Shown: in pieces, positions 51,993 to 62,098 of the stretch
Layout of the letters: each line of letters starts with the position of its first letter
Position numbering within the stretch: position 1 is the first letter of the stretch
Source: Deferrisomatales bacterium
GTDB taxonomy: Bacteria > Desulfobacterota > Deferrisomatia > Deferrisomatales > JACRMM01
Direction of reading: 5' to 3'
Length of the DNA: 64,000 nt
Assembly: GCA_033551855.1 (NCBI GenBank)
Contig: JAWSUI010000003.1
Location: 32,001-96,000, forward strand
Notes under the pieces: model-generated
What the model was told of the DNA's origin: nothing
Database searches by the model: none
Seen by the model: only the letters and a program-made list of their open reading frames with translations
Made by a program: the position numbers and the translations under genes

Positions 51993-52751
51993 TCAGGCCT
52001 GCTCCTCCCTCGGTACGTAACGCTCCAAAATCTCAACCACGGCCCGGTAGGCCGCGGACTCCTCGGGGAGTTGGAAGGTAGGCCTGCCCTCGAGGTCGAA
52101 GGCGGTCACGTTCGGATCGGCCGGCACCACCCCCGCCAACTCCAGGCCCAGACGCTCGATCTCCCGGCGGGTGGGCTCCTCCAGCCCGCCGCTCACCCGG
52201 TTCACGATCACGGCAAGGCGGCCGATGTCGAGTTTGAGCTCCCCTACCAGGTCTCGAATCCTCCCGGCCGCCTGGATGCCCCGCACGGAGGAGTCCGTGA
52301 CGGCGAGCACGAGATCCATGTTGTGGGTGGTGCGCCGGGAGAGGTGCTCCATTCCCGCTTCGTTGTCCAGGACGACGTAGGCGTAGTTGTCCGCCATCTC
52401 GTCCACGTACTTCTTGCACAGGGTGTTCGCGTAGCAGTAGCAGCCCGGCCCCTCCGGGCGCCCCATCACGACCAGGTCGAAGCCGTCGGCCTCGATCAGA
52501 CACTCCTGGGTGCGGTAGTTGATGTAGGCGTCCTTCGTCATGCCCTGGGGTACGCTGCCCAGATTCTCCCGGATCTGGCCGATCGTCTGGTGGACCGAGA
52601 GGCCCAGCACCTCGTTCAGGTTCATGTTGGCGTCGGCGTCCACGGCCAGGACCCGCCCCTGCCCCCGCGTCACGAGGTGACGGAGGATGAGTCCGGCCAC
52701 GGTGGTCTTGCCCGTTCCCCCCTTGCCCGCCACGGCGATGTGGAACCCCAT
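51993..52751 (-). CDS. cooC: CooC/AcsF nickel-insertion ATPase
   Basis: GKGGTGKTT, VDAD, GPGCYC, DNEAGMEHLSR. Confidence 0.93.
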   Translation of the reverse strand: MGFHIAVAGKGGTGKTTVAGLILRHLVTRGQGRVLAVDADANMNLNEVLGLSVHQTIGQIRENLGSVPQGMTKDAYINYRTQECLIEADGFDLVVMGRPEGPGCYCYANTLCKKYVDEMADNYAYVVLDNEAGMEHLSRRTTHNMDLVLAVTDSSVRGIQAAGRIRDLVGELKLDIGRLAVIVNRVSGGLEEPTRREIERLGLELAGVVPADPNVTAFDLEGRPTFQLPEESAAYRAVVEILERYVPREEQA

Positions 52752-52753
52752 TC

Positions 52754-54724
52754 TCAGGCCTCCGCTCTGGCGGCCGCCCGCAAGAGGGCCTGGAGCCGCC
52801 GGGTCTGCTGCGGAAAATCCTCCATCCGCGTGTGGGGAAGGAACAGGGCCGCCACATACTCCTCCATGTAGATGGGGGACGCCGAGAGCTCGATGTTCGT
52901 GATCATGGTGGCGATGGACTCCGCCTCCTCGATCTTGTCCCGGTAGAGAGTGGCGAGCGTGCACCCGGCCAGGCTGGTGTTGCCCCCGTAGCGCACGATC
53001 TCCGGGTTCACCTCCGGCAGGAGGCCGATGGCCATGGCCTTCTCCACGTCGATGTACTGGCCGAACCCGCCGGCGATGATGATCTTCTGCACGTCCGCGA
53101 ACGAGAGCCCCACGCTCTTCAGCAGGACCGAGCACGCCGCGTAGATGGAGGCCTTGGTCCGGATCAGGTTGTCCATGTCCGGCTCGGAGATGACGATGTC
53201 CTGGTCGAGCTGGCTCTCGCCCTTCCAGCACAGGACATACTCCCAGCCGGTCTCCCCCTCCCGCAGGCGCGGCGACCTCTCTGCCAGCTCCTGGTTGAAC
53301 TTTCCGTTCGGGGAGATGAGCCCCACCTCCTGGAACTCGGCCAGGCAGTCGATCATGCCGGAGCCGCATACACCTTTGGGCTTCGTCTGACCGATGGTGA
53401 GCATCATCGGCTCGAAGTTCGCGGGATTGATGCGGACCTGCTCGATCGCGCCGAAGGTCGCCCGCATCCCAAACTTCACCCCTCCCCCTTCGAACGCCGG
53501 CCCGGCCGAGGCCGAGGCCGACACCATCCAGTCCTGGTTCCCGATGACGATCTCCCCGTTCGTGCCCACGTCCAGGAAGAGCGTCAGCTCCGGGTTCAGG
53601 TGAATGCCGGTGGCCAGGATCCCGGCAGTGATGTCGCCCCCCACGTAGGAGGCGACACAGGGCATGGCGTACCCCAGCATGTGCTCCGGCACATGGATCC
53701 CCAACTCGTGGAGGCGGAACGGCGGGAAAAAGTTCGCCGCGGGCACGTAGGGGGCCTCTCGGATGTGCTTGGGGTTCAGGGACAGGAACAGCTGCGTCAT
53801 CGTCGTGTTGCCGCCGAACACCGCATGGGTGACCTCGGCGCCCTGCACTCCGGCCTTCTCCAAGGCCTCCTCCAGGACCCCGTTGATCGTCTTCACCACC
53901 CGCTTCTGGAGGGCCTCCAGCCCCCCCGGCTTGAGGGCCGCCACGATGCGGGTGATGACGTCCTCGCCCATCGACACCTGGGAGTTGTAATCCCCCGCCC
54001 GAGCGATCTCGCTCCCCTCATTGACGTCCAGGACGGCCGCGTGGACGGTGGTCGTTCCGATATCGACGGCCAGGGCGAAGGTCCGGTCCCGGGTGTCCCC
54101 CGGTTCGACCCGCAGGAGCCGCTTCCCCCTGTGGGTGTGCAGCACCGTGGCGGTGACCTTCCACTCCCCCTGGCGCAGCGCCGAGGACAGGGACCGCAGG
54201 ACGTGGATGTCGGTGCCGATCCTCTCGATCCCGTGGTCCACCTTGAGCACCTGCCCCAGCCGACCCATGTCGGAGACGTTGTTCTCCTCCGTCGGGGGCG
54301 CCAGCTCGCAGAAGTACTTCACCACGGGGGGCTCGGCCTTCTGATCCGCGAATTCTAACCCCAGGCGGGCCGCCGAGAGGACGTGCTCCACGGTGGCCCG
54401 GGTGGCTTTCCGCGCCAGCACCGCCTTCTCGTAGCGGGACTCCACGGGGACGTCCACGACCAGATCCCCCAGGATCTCGGTCTGGCATGCCAGGCGGTAG
54501 CCTTCGTCCCACTCCGCCTTCGAGAGCTTCGAAGAGGTCTGCGTCCGGTGCTCGCCCTCCCGGATCTTGACCTTGCACTTGCCGCAGGTTCCGGCCCCCC
54601 CACAGGAGGCATTGACGTGCACACCCGCGACCATCGCGACCCGGAGGAGATTCTCCGCCTCGCGGTAGACGTCGATGGTCGCGTCGTCCGGCAGGAAACG
54701 GACCGTGTGGCGCTTCTGGGGCAA
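52754..54724 (-). CDS. acsV: Reductive activator of corrinoid protein (2Fe-2S plus ASKHA; AcsV/RACo)
   Basis: CGGAGTCGKC..RLAC, DIGTTT, YVGGD, DVGTNGE, AGPAFEG, GVCGSG. Confidence 0.9.
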   Translation of the reverse strand: MPQKRHTVRFLPDDATIDVYREAENLLRVAMVAGVHVNASCGGAGTCGKCKVKIREGEHRTQTSSKLSKAEWDEGYRLACQTEILGDLVVDVPVESRYEKAVLARKATRATVEHVLSAARLGLEFADQKAEPPVVKYFCELAPPTEENNVSDMGRLGQVLKVDHGIERIGTDIHVLRSLSSALRQGEWKVTATVLHTHRGKRLLRVEPGDTRDRTFALAVDIGTTTVHAAVLDVNEGSEIARAGDYNSQVSMGEDVITRIVAALKPGGLEALQKRVVKTINGVLEEALEKAGVQGAEVTHAVFGGNTTMTQLFLSLNPKHIREAPYVPAANFFPPFRLHELGIHVPEHMLGYAMPCVASYVGGDITAGILATGIHLNPELTLFLDVGTNGEIVIGNQDWMVSASASAGPAFEGGGVKFGMRATFGAIEQVRINPANFEPMMLTIGQTKPKGVCGSGMIDCLAEFQEVGLISPNGKFNQELAERSPRLREGETGWEYVLCWKGESQLDQDIVISEPDMDNLIRTKASIYAACSVLLKSVGLSFADVQKIIIAGGFGQYIDVEKAMAIGLLPEVNPEIVRYGGNTSLAGCTLATLYRDKIEEAESIATMITNIELSASPIYMEEYVAALFLPHTRMEDFPQQTRRLQALLRAAARAEA

Positions 54725-54746
54725 GACGTCTCCCGGCAAAAGGGAC

Positions 54747-54774
54747 GGGTGGGGAGGGTCAACCCTCCCCACCC
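54747..54774 (-). terminator. Stem-loop after fhs (terminator or stabiliser)
   Basis: GGGTGGGGAGGG-TTGA-CCCTCCCCACCC followed by GTCCCTTTT. Confidence 0.5.
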
Positions 54775-54796
54775 AGACCGCAATGGAATGAACGGT

Positions 54797-56530
54797 CTAG
54801 AACAGGCCCTTGATCCGGCCGGTATCCGTGTCGATGTCCACGTACCTGTACGCCGGGTCCGCGGACAGTCCCGGCATGGTGCGCATGACGCCCAACAGCG
54901 GGTACAGGAACCCCGCCCCCAGGCTGGCGCGGATGTCGCGGATCGGCACGCGGAAGCCCCGCGGGCGTCCCTTGAGGGTGAGGTCGTGGCTCAGGGACAG
55001 ATGGGTCTTCGCCATGCACAGGGGCAGCTTGTCGTAGCCGAGCTTGGTGAACTGGGCGATCTTCTGCTCCGCCTCGGGCATGTAGTCCACGCCGTCGGCA
55101 CCGTAGATCTCCGTGGCGATCACCTCGATCTTCTGCTTGATGGACCAGTCGTCCGGGTACAGGAACTTGAAGTCCTTGGGCTCGTCACAGGCCTTCACGA
55201 CCTCCTGAGCGGCATCGGTCGCCCCGGCGCCGCCGTGCATCCACACCTCGATCGGCACCGACGCGCTGGCGCCGGCCTCCTCGGCCCGCTTCTGGATGAT
55301 GGAGATCTCGTCGTCCCGGTCGAAGGCGAACCGGTTGATGGTGTTGACCACCGGCACCCCGAACTTCTTCATGTTCTCGATGTGCTTCTCGAGGTTCTCG
55401 ATACCCTTCTCGAGGTAGGCGTAGTGCTCCTTCTGCAGTTCCGTGGCCAGCTGCTTCGGGGTGTACTTGGAGATCTCGGAGTAGGGCATGCCGTGCATCT
55501 TGAGGGCGCGCACCGTACAGGTGATGACCACGCAGTCCGGGCTGAACCCGCCGTAGCGGCAGGTGATGTTCATGAACTTCTCGGCGCCCATGTCCGCCGC
55601 GAAGCCGGACTCGGTGACGGTGTAGTCGCCGAGCTTCAGCGCCACCCGGTCGGCGACGATGGAGTTGTTGCCGTGGGCGATGTTGGCGAACGGGCCGGCG
55701 TGCACCAAGGCCGGGTTCCCTTCGAGGGACTGGATCAGGTTGGGCTTGAGGGCGTCCTTCATGAGGGCGGTCATCGCCCCGGCCACCTGGAGGTCCTCGG
55801 TGGTCACCGGCTTCCCGTCGTAGGTGTAGGCCAGCAGGATGCGCCCCATGCGCGCGCGCAGATCCGCCAGATCCGTGGCCAGGGCCAGGATGGCCATGAC
55901 CTCGGAAGCCACGGCGATATCGAACCCCCCCTGCCGCGGGATGCCGTTGAGCTTGCCGCCCAAACCGACCACGATCTCCCGGAGGCAGCGGTCGTTCAGG
56001 TCCACCACGCGGTTCCACTGGATGGTCAGGGGGTCGATGTTCAGCGGGTTGCCGTGCATCAGGCTGGTGTCGAGGGCGGCGGAACAAAGGTTGTGGGTGA
56101 TGGATACGGCGTGAATGTCCCCGGTGAAGTGGAGGTTCAGGTCCTCCATGGGCACGATCTGGGAGTACCCGCCCCCGGCGGCGCCGCCCTTGATGCCGAA
56201 CACCGGCCCCAGGCTGGGCTCCCGCAGGGCCAGCATGGCGCTCTTCCCGATCTTGTTCAGGCCCTCATAGAGCCCGATGGACGTGACCGTCTTGCCCTCT
56301 CCCAGCGGGGTGGGCGTGCAGGCGGTGACGTCGATCAGCTTGCCGTTGGGCTTGCTCTCCAGACGCTTGAGCAGCGCCATGAAGTCGATCTTTGCCTTAT
56401 AGTTGCCGTAGTACTCCAGTTCGGACTCCAGGATGCCTGCTTTCTCGGCGATCTCCCGGATGTGCTTCATCTTGTGGCTCTGGGCGATCTCGAGATCCGA
56501 GGGGACGTTCTTGGGCGTCAGCTTGGCCAT
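54797..56530 (-). CDS. fhs: Formate--tetrahydrofolate ligase
   Basis: TPLGEGKT, REPSLGP, KGGAAGGGY, HAGPFANIAHG, CMAKT; SD GGAGG before ATG 56530. Confidence 0.97.
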   Translation of the reverse strand: MAKLTPKNVPSDLEIAQSHKMKHIREIAEKAGILESELEYYGNYKAKIDFMALLKRLESKPNGKLIDVTACTPTPLGEGKTVTSIGLYEGLNKIGKSAMLALREPSLGPVFGIKGGAAGGGYSQIVPMEDLNLHFTGDIHAVSITHNLCSAALDTSLMHGNPLNIDPLTIQWNRVVDLNDRCLREIVVGLGGKLNGIPRQGGFDIAVASEVMAILALATDLADLRARMGRILLAYTYDGKPVTTEDLQVAGAMTALMKDALKPNLIQSLEGNPALVHAGPFANIAHGNNSIVADRVALKLGDYTVTESGFAADMGAEKFMNITCRYGGFSPDCVVITCTVRALKMHGMPYSEISKYTPKQLATELQKEHYAYLEKGIENLEKHIENMKKFGVPVVNTINRFAFDRDDEISIIQKRAEEAGASASVPIEVWMHGGAGATDAAQEVVKACDEPKDFKFLYPDDWSIKQKIEVIATEIYGADGVDYMPEAEQKIAQFTKLGYDKLPLCMAKTHLSLSHDLTLKGRPRGFRVPIRDIRASLGAGFLYPLLGVMRTMPGLSADPAYRYVDIDTDTGRIKGLF

Positions 56531-56909
56531 GGTCCTCCCTCCATCGGGCCTTTCGGCCTCAGCAAGTTGCCCGCGCCAGGAGTGCGCGGTTTCCCTTGAA
56601 AAAAGCGGAACGAAGCAAGTCCGGGGTCCGGCCGGGGTGCACCGTAACCGACCGGCGACCTCGAGGCAACCGATCGCGGAGGCCGAGAGGAAACCCCGAA
56701 TCCCGTGACCCGAGAGGGACGTGCCGAACACTCTCCGCGAGGCAGACCGGAGACCCAAGCGCCCCTTGGGTCCGGCCCGATCCAAAGGCGGACGTAGATG
56801 GCGGCGGCGCGGCAACCCGCGGGCGGAACCCGGCTCTCGCGGTCGCGGCGCCCCCTCCGGCCTGCAAGGACCTTCGAACGGCTGTTTCCGCGCAATAGAG
56901 GGCGCGGCA

Positions 56910-56939
56910 AGGATACTGAGGCCCAATTTTTGATGTCAA
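56910..56939 (-). promoter_or_regulatory. Putative sigma70 promoter of the fhs-acs operon
   Basis: TTGACA-N18-TATCCT with an AT-rich spacer. Confidence 0.6.
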
Positions 56940-57039
56940 GGGCATTTTTCCCGGTAGATCCAGAGAGAATACCGCGGAAGGCCGACTGACCGCCCGTAGC
57001 GCCTCCCGCGCGGAAGCCCGCGGGGCCTCCGCCCCGACA

Positions 57040-57714
57040 TCAGAACCGGTACCCAACGCCGAGGTAGAGACCCGTCTCATCGAACAGGTGGAGCTCCCCC
57101 GTAAAGAACACGTTGGGGTTCACGAAGTAGTCCGCTCCGCCGAACACCCCCACGTAGTCGTCCCCCTCCGTGTCCGGAACCCCCCGATTGCCGTCGTAGC
57201 GCGCATAGGAGACCCGCACGCCACCGTAGGGGAAGAAGTATCCCACGCGTCGGGCCGCCCCGACCTCCCGGACGACATAGGTGGCCGCGTGGTACGCCTG
57301 GTGGCGCACCCGCTTCCCGCCGTCGGTGCTTCGCAGGTACTCCCCCTGGAGGTCGAGCACCAGCTTGATGGCACTCTCGGGGAAGCTGAGCAGCCCGAGG
57401 CGCACACCCGCGCCAAAGGTCTCCCCCAGGGATCCGCTGAAATCGGCGCGGTCGAAATCCAGGTCCCCGAGCCCCACCGTCCCGTACACGTCCACCCCGT
57501 CGGTCACACCGACCTGACCGCGCAGGAGAACCCGCCGCGTCACCACCTCGTCCCTTCTGCCGTCCTTCACGTCCCGCTCGCCATAACCCAGAGTCACCGA
57601 GGTCGCGAACCCTCCAGGGCCGAGGGGGGACGCGAGCCCGCCGGTCTGGGCCGCCGAGGCCGCCCCGGCAAGAAACAGCACGGTACCAACAGCGAGGGGA
57701 ACGAAAGCTCTCAT
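57040..57714 (-). CDS. Outer-membrane beta-barrel protein
   Basis: Signal peptide, amphipathic strands, C-terminal YLGVGYRF. Confidence 0.8.
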   Translation of the reverse strand: MRAFVPLAVGTVLFLAGAASAAQTGGLASPLGPGGFATSVTLGYGERDVKDGRRDEVVTRRVLLRGQVGVTDGVDVYGTVGLGDLDFDRADFSGSLGETFGAGVRLGLLSFPESAIKLVLDLQGEYLRSTDGGKRVRHQAYHAATYVVREVGAARRVGYFFPYGGVRVSYARYDGNRGVPDTEGDDYVGVFGGADYFVNPNVFFTGELHLFDETGLYLGVGYRF

Positions 57715-57914
57715 CGATGGCTCCTCCGCGACGGGGGCAGGACAGGGGACACAACCACTCTCCCCGGGGATAGACCCCTTCGTTTACCACAACGCGTCCG
57801 GGTGTCCAAGCGTCTTCGGACTCCTCCGGACGCCTTGCTTTTGGGAAACCCGTAATGTTAGGTTGGGTGCCCCTCCACGCCCCAAACCCTCCACACCCTT
57901 GGGAGTAGAGCCCC

Positions 57915-59810
57915 ATGCTCGAGAAGATCCGCAGAAATGTCCGGCACCCGTACATCCAGGTGCTTCTGGGGCTGATCATTCTGGTGTTCGTCCTCTTTTT
58001 CGGTTGGGGCATGGAGTCCCAGCGGCCCAGCTACGTCGCGAAGGTCAACGGCGACGCGATCGAGTACCGGCCGTATCAGGAGGCCTACAATGGGTTGGTT
58101 CGTCTGTACCAGGAAGCCTTCCAGGGCGACCTCTCGGGCGACCGGCTGCGGGAGCTCGAGCTGGGGCGGCGCGCCCTAGAGCAGTTGGTGGACCAGACGC
58201 TGCTGATGCAGGAAGCGAGCCGCCGGAGGCTCCGGGTCACCGAGGCGGAACTGCAGGCCGCTATCGAGGCGGTGCCGGTGTTCCAAGAGTCGGGGGCGTT
58301 TCGAAAGGACCTTTATCTCCGCGTGCTGGATGCCAACCGGCTCTCGCCGCTGGAGTACGAACGGACGACCAGGAACGCGCTCCTCCTGCAGAAGGTCGAG
58401 GCCGCCATCCGCGCCGAGGCCACGGTCTCGGACGCCGACGTGGAGCAGGAGTTTCGCGACCGGAACACGAAGATCCGGCTCGAGCTCGTCTCGGTGGACC
58501 CGGACACCCTCGCCGCCGGCATCCGCCCCACCCCCGCCCAACTGGAGGAATTCTTCACTGTCGAAGCGGAGTCGCTCCGGGTTCCCGAGAGGCGCTCGGC
58601 CCGCTACGTGCTCTTTCGGCCGGAGGACTTTCTCGGCTCGGAGGAGGCCGCGCGGCTGGAAGCGGAAGAGGAGTACCGGTGGCGCGCGGGAGAGTTCGCC
58701 GTGCCGGAAGCGGTTCGCGCCAGGCACCTGCTCCTGCAGGTCGGCCCGGAGGTGAGCCAGGCCGAGGAAGCCCTGATCCTGGAGCGGGCGGAGAGTCTCC
58801 GCCAGGAGATCCTGGGCGGCGCCTCGTTCGCGGAGCTCGCGCAGAGGGTGTCCGAGGACCCCGGGACCAAGGACCAGGGGGGAGACCTGGGCTACTTCGA
58901 GAGAGGGCAGATGGTGCCGCAGTTCGAGGCCGCCGCCTTTTCCCTGTCGCCGGGGGAGCTGAGCGAGCCGGTGAGAACGGCCTTCGGATACCACCTCATC
59001 CTCGTGGAGGATCGCCGGGAGCCCCGCGAGCCCTCCTTCGACGAGGTGGCCGAGGGGCTCACGTCGGAGATTCGGCGGCGCAGGGCCCTGGAGGAGGCCT
59101 ACGCGGCCGCGGACAACCTCCTCATGGACCTAGAGGACGGCGACACCTCCTGGGAGGCGGTCCGTTCGTCCCACGAGGTGCGTACGACCGATCCGGTCTC
59201 ACGCGGCGAAGCCCCCGGCGGTGTGGAGAGGCCCGCCGAGTTCGGGCAGGCGCTCTTCGCCCTGGCTCCGGACCGCCCGGGGGTCCTGCTCGAGACCCGG
59301 GCCGGGACCTATCTGCTGGCGGTGGAGACCGTGGAGCCCTCGGCTGTCCCCCCCCTGGAGGCGGTTCGGAAACAGGTCTCCGCCCGCTTTCGGAACGCGG
59401 AGGGTCGGCGGCAGGCCGAAGCCCGGGCCCGCGAGGTCCTGGACATGGCCCGGGAGAAGGGCTGGGAGGCCGCCCTCGCGTCCTTCGGCCTGGAGCCCCA
59501 GCGGACCGAGCCGTTCCCCCGCAAGGGAGGGGCCGTGCCGACCCTGGGCTGGGCTCCCGCTCTCAAAGAGGCCGCTTTCGCCGTGGCCGCCGACGGCGGG
59601 GTCGCGGCGGAGCCCCACGAGGTGAACGGCGTCTTCTACGCGTTCCGCGTGTTCGAGCGGGTCGAAGCCGATCCGTCCGAGCTGGAGGCGGAGCGGGAGG
59701 CGCTGCGCGCGGAGCTCCTGCCGGGGAAGCAGGAACAGTACCTGGAGAGCTACCTGGCCGCGCTCCGAGCCGGCGCCAAGATCGTGGTCACGGAAGAGCT
59801 GCTCCTGTAG
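57915..59810 (+). CDS. ppiD: PpiD-like peptidyl-prolyl isomerase (SurA N-terminal domain plus parvulin)
   Basis: N-terminal TM helix, VAKVNGDAI, ARHLL, SEDPGTKDQGGDLG, FGYHLI. Confidence 0.88.
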   Translation: MLEKIRRNVRHPYIQVLLGLIILVFVLFFGWGMESQRPSYVAKVNGDAIEYRPYQEAYNGLVRLYQEAFQGDLSGDRLRELELGRRALEQLVDQTLLMQEASRRRLRVTEAELQAAIEAVPVFQESGAFRKDLYLRVLDANRLSPLEYERTTRNALLLQKVEAAIRAEATVSDADVEQEFRDRNTKIRLELVSVDPDTLAAGIRPTPAQLEEFFTVEAESLRVPERRSARYVLFRPEDFLGSEEAARLEAEEEYRWRAGEFAVPEAVRARHLLLQVGPEVSQAEEALILERAESLRQEILGGASFAELAQRVSEDPGTKDQGGDLGYFERGQMVPQFEAAAFSLSPGELSEPVRTAFGYHLILVEDRREPREPSFDEVAEGLTSEIRRRRALEEAYAAADNLLMDLEDGDTSWEAVRSSHEVRTTDPVSRGEAPGGVERPAEFGQALFALAPDRPGVLLETRAGTYLLAVETVEPSAVPPLEAVRKQVSARFRNAEGRRQAEARAREVLDMAREKGWEAALASFGLEPQRTEPFPRKGGAVPTLGWAPALKEAAFAVAADGGVAAEPHEVNGVFYAFRVFERVEADPSELEAEREALRAELLPGKQEQYLESYLAALRAGAKIVVTEELLL

Positions 59811-59891
59811 GGGGGACAAGAGCGGCTGTTCTCGTGGGCCGTTCGAGGTGCCCGTCCAGCCGGCACGCCGCAGGAAGGGACGGTGGGGGAC

Positions 59892-60707
59892 TCACCCGGG
59901 CGGCGCCAGATACTCCAGTGCCAGCAAGGGGGTGGCCCGGTAGGCACGGCGCAGCCGCTCCTGCTCCGCCGGAGTCTTCTCTTCCCACAGGGAGCTGCGC
60001 AGGGGAAGGTCGCTGATGTAGGTGAGGGCGGCACCCCGCAGCCCGTGCCGCGGCACGGCGGTGAAGAAGGCGGAGAGCTCCATCTCCAGCGCGTCGTAGC
60101 CGTGCCGGCGCAACTCCACCAGGTTCTCCCGGGACTCGGCGGTGATGCTCCCGACCGTGAAGACCCTCCCCTCCCTCGCCGGGAACCCGCGGGAGGCCAA
60201 GAAGGACACCAGATCCTCCCCAACCCCTTCGGGCTTCGGCACCCGCCGAGCTCCCCGCACGACCCCGGAGAAGGAGTCCTGGGAGTAGCGACTGTAGCCC
60301 TCCCCGTCCGCGGCCTCGTGGGCGACGAAGAACTCCCCGATGGCGTGGTCCTCCGCCAGCCCCCCCACCGCCCCGGCGAACAGGACCCGCCGGGCGGGGG
60401 TGAGGGAGAGAAAGCCGAGGCAGTCTCCCACCCGTGAAGGACCGACGCCGGTCGCGATCACCGTGACCCGACGTCCACGGAAGGTCGCGGTGACGCCCCG
60501 GTAGAAAAAGGGGGGGGAGAGCTCCACAGCGGCTCCCGCCATGTGCTGCCGGAACCCCTTGAGCGGCAGGAACGGGGTGACGATCACGTCGTCGGCCACC
60601 ACCTCCGGACGGCAGCCGAAGACAACCCCCACCACGGCCGCCGGATCACCCAGGGAGAGGGGCCCCGCCACCCCGGCCCCGGATGCCCCCGCCTCCTCGG
60701 AGGTCAC
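59892..60707 (-). CDS. Nucleoside phosphorylase (PNP/UDP) family protein
   Basis: TGVGPS, AGAVGG, LEMELSAF, ISD; GTGA overlap with the response regulator stop. Confidence 0.75.
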   Translation of the reverse strand: MTSEEAGASGAGVAGPLSLGDPAAVVGVVFGCRPEVVADDVIVTPFLPLKGFRQHMAGAAVELSPPFFYRGVTATFRGRRVTVIATGVGPSRVGDCLGFLSLTPARRVLFAGAVGGLAEDHAIGEFFVAHEAADGEGYSRYSQDSFSGVVRGARRVPKPEGVGEDLVSFLASRGFPAREGRVFTVGSITAESRENLVELRRHGYDALEMELSAFFTAVPRHGLRGAALTYISDLPLRSSLWEEKTPAEQERLRRAYRATPLLALEYLAPPG

Positions 60708-62098
60708 GGCCGGGCCTCGATACCCAGCCGCCGGATCTGGTACCGCAGCGTGCCCCGGTCCATGGACAGCAGTCGGGCCGCCTGGGCCTTGTTGCCGCCG
60801 GCCAGGCGCAGGGCCTCGCGGATCAGGTGCCGGCCCAACTCGTCCACCACCTTGTCGTAGGCGATCCCCCGCAGGATCTCGGGCTCCTGCGGGAGCCAGA
60901 CGCCATCCCTCGCCCCTCCTGGGCCCTTCAGGATTTCCGGCGGGAGGTGATCGGGCGCGATCCACTCGGCGTCCTCCAGGATGAGGATGCGCTCGATCGT
61001 GTTCTTGAGCTCCCGGACGTTTCCGGGCCAGGGGTAATCCAGCAGGAGCCCCTCGGCCTGCCGCGTGAACCCCTGCACTGCCTTGTGAAACCTTCGGTTG
61101 GCCTCCTGGAGGAAATGCTGGGCCAGTGGAAGGATGTCGGCCCGGCGGTCCCGCAGGGGAGGCAGCGGGATCGTGATGATCTTCAGGCGGTAGTACAGGT
61201 CCTCTCGGAAGCTTCCCTCCCGAAGCTTCTCCTCGATGTCCTGATTCGTCGCGGCAAGAATCCGCACATCGACGGGGATCTGATCCAGCCCCCCCACCCG
61301 GCGCACGGTGCGCTCCTCCAGAACTCGGAGCAGCTTGGCCTGGAGTTGCACGTCCATGTCGCCGATTTCGTCCAGGAAGAGGGTCCCCCCCTGGGCCTTT
61401 TCGATGAGGCCGATCTTTCGGGCCTTGGCATCCGTGAAGGCTCCCTTCTCGTAACCGAAGAGCTCGCTCTCCAGCAGATTCCCCGGGATGGCCGCGCAGT
61501 TGAGCCCGACGAAGTGCCGTGCCGAACGGCCGCTCTCGGCATGGATCGCTCGGGCGATCATCTCCTTGCCGGTTCCGCTCTCCCCCTGGATCAGCACGGT
61601 CACGTCGGGGTTCTGGGCGACCTTGCCCACCACGGTGAAGACCTTCTCCATGGACGGGTCCCGCCCCACGATCTGCTGGATCCCGAATCCGCTCAGGTTT
61701 TCCTCACGGAGCTCCTTCACCTCTCGCTTGAGGTGATCCGCATCCAGGGCGAGGCGCACGATGACCTCGATCTCCCGGGACTTGAACGGTTTGTTCACGT
61801 AATCATAGGCACCCAGCCGCATGGCCTCCACCGCCGTCCCCACGCTCCCGTACGCCGTCATCATGATGACGAGCAGGTCCGGCTGCCCCGCCTTGAACTC
61901 CTTGAGCAGGTCGATGCCCGAGGCGTCCGGGAGCCGCAGATCGAGGAGCACCAGGGGAAACTCTCCGGGCACGAAGAGCCGCCGCGCCTCCGCGGCGGTG
62001 GCGGCCAGGGTGACGTCGTACCCTTTTCGAGCCAGGAGCTGGCCGAGTGACTTCCGGATCAGCGACTCGTCGTCCACGATCAGGATGCGGTCCGGCAT
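60704..62098 (-). CDS. Sigma54-dependent NtrC-family response regulator
   Basis: REC domain, GESGTGKE, ESELFG, GAFTDA, LDEIG, WPGNVREL, Fis HTH. Confidence 0.95.
   Translation of the reverse strand: MPDRILIVDDESLIRKSLGQLLARKGYDVTLAATAAEARRLFVPGEFPLVLLDLRLPDASGIDLLKEFKAGQPDLLVIMMTAYGSVGTAVEAMRLGAYDYVNKPFKSREIEVIVRLALDADHLKREVKELREENLSGFGIQQIVGRDPSMEKVFTVVGKVAQNPDVTVLIQGESGTGKEMIARAIHAESGRSARHFVGLNCAAIPGNLLESELFGYEKGAFTDAKARKIGLIEKAQGGTLFLDEIGDMDVQLQAKLLRVLEERTVRRVGGLDQIPVDVRILAATNQDIEEKLREGSFREDLYYRLKIITIPLPPLRDRRADILPLAQHFLQEANRRFHKAVQGFTRQAEGLLLDYPWPGNVRELKNTIERILILEDAEWIAPDHLPPEILKGPGGARDGVWLPQEPEILRGIAYDKVVDELGRHLIREALRLAGGNKAQAARLLSMDRGTLRYQIRRLGIEARP

Noticed and set aside
60704..62098. 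GAFTDA instead of GAFTGA as a sign of sigma54 independence
   Set aside because: A common variant in enhancer-binding proteins; the other AAA+ motifs are intact.
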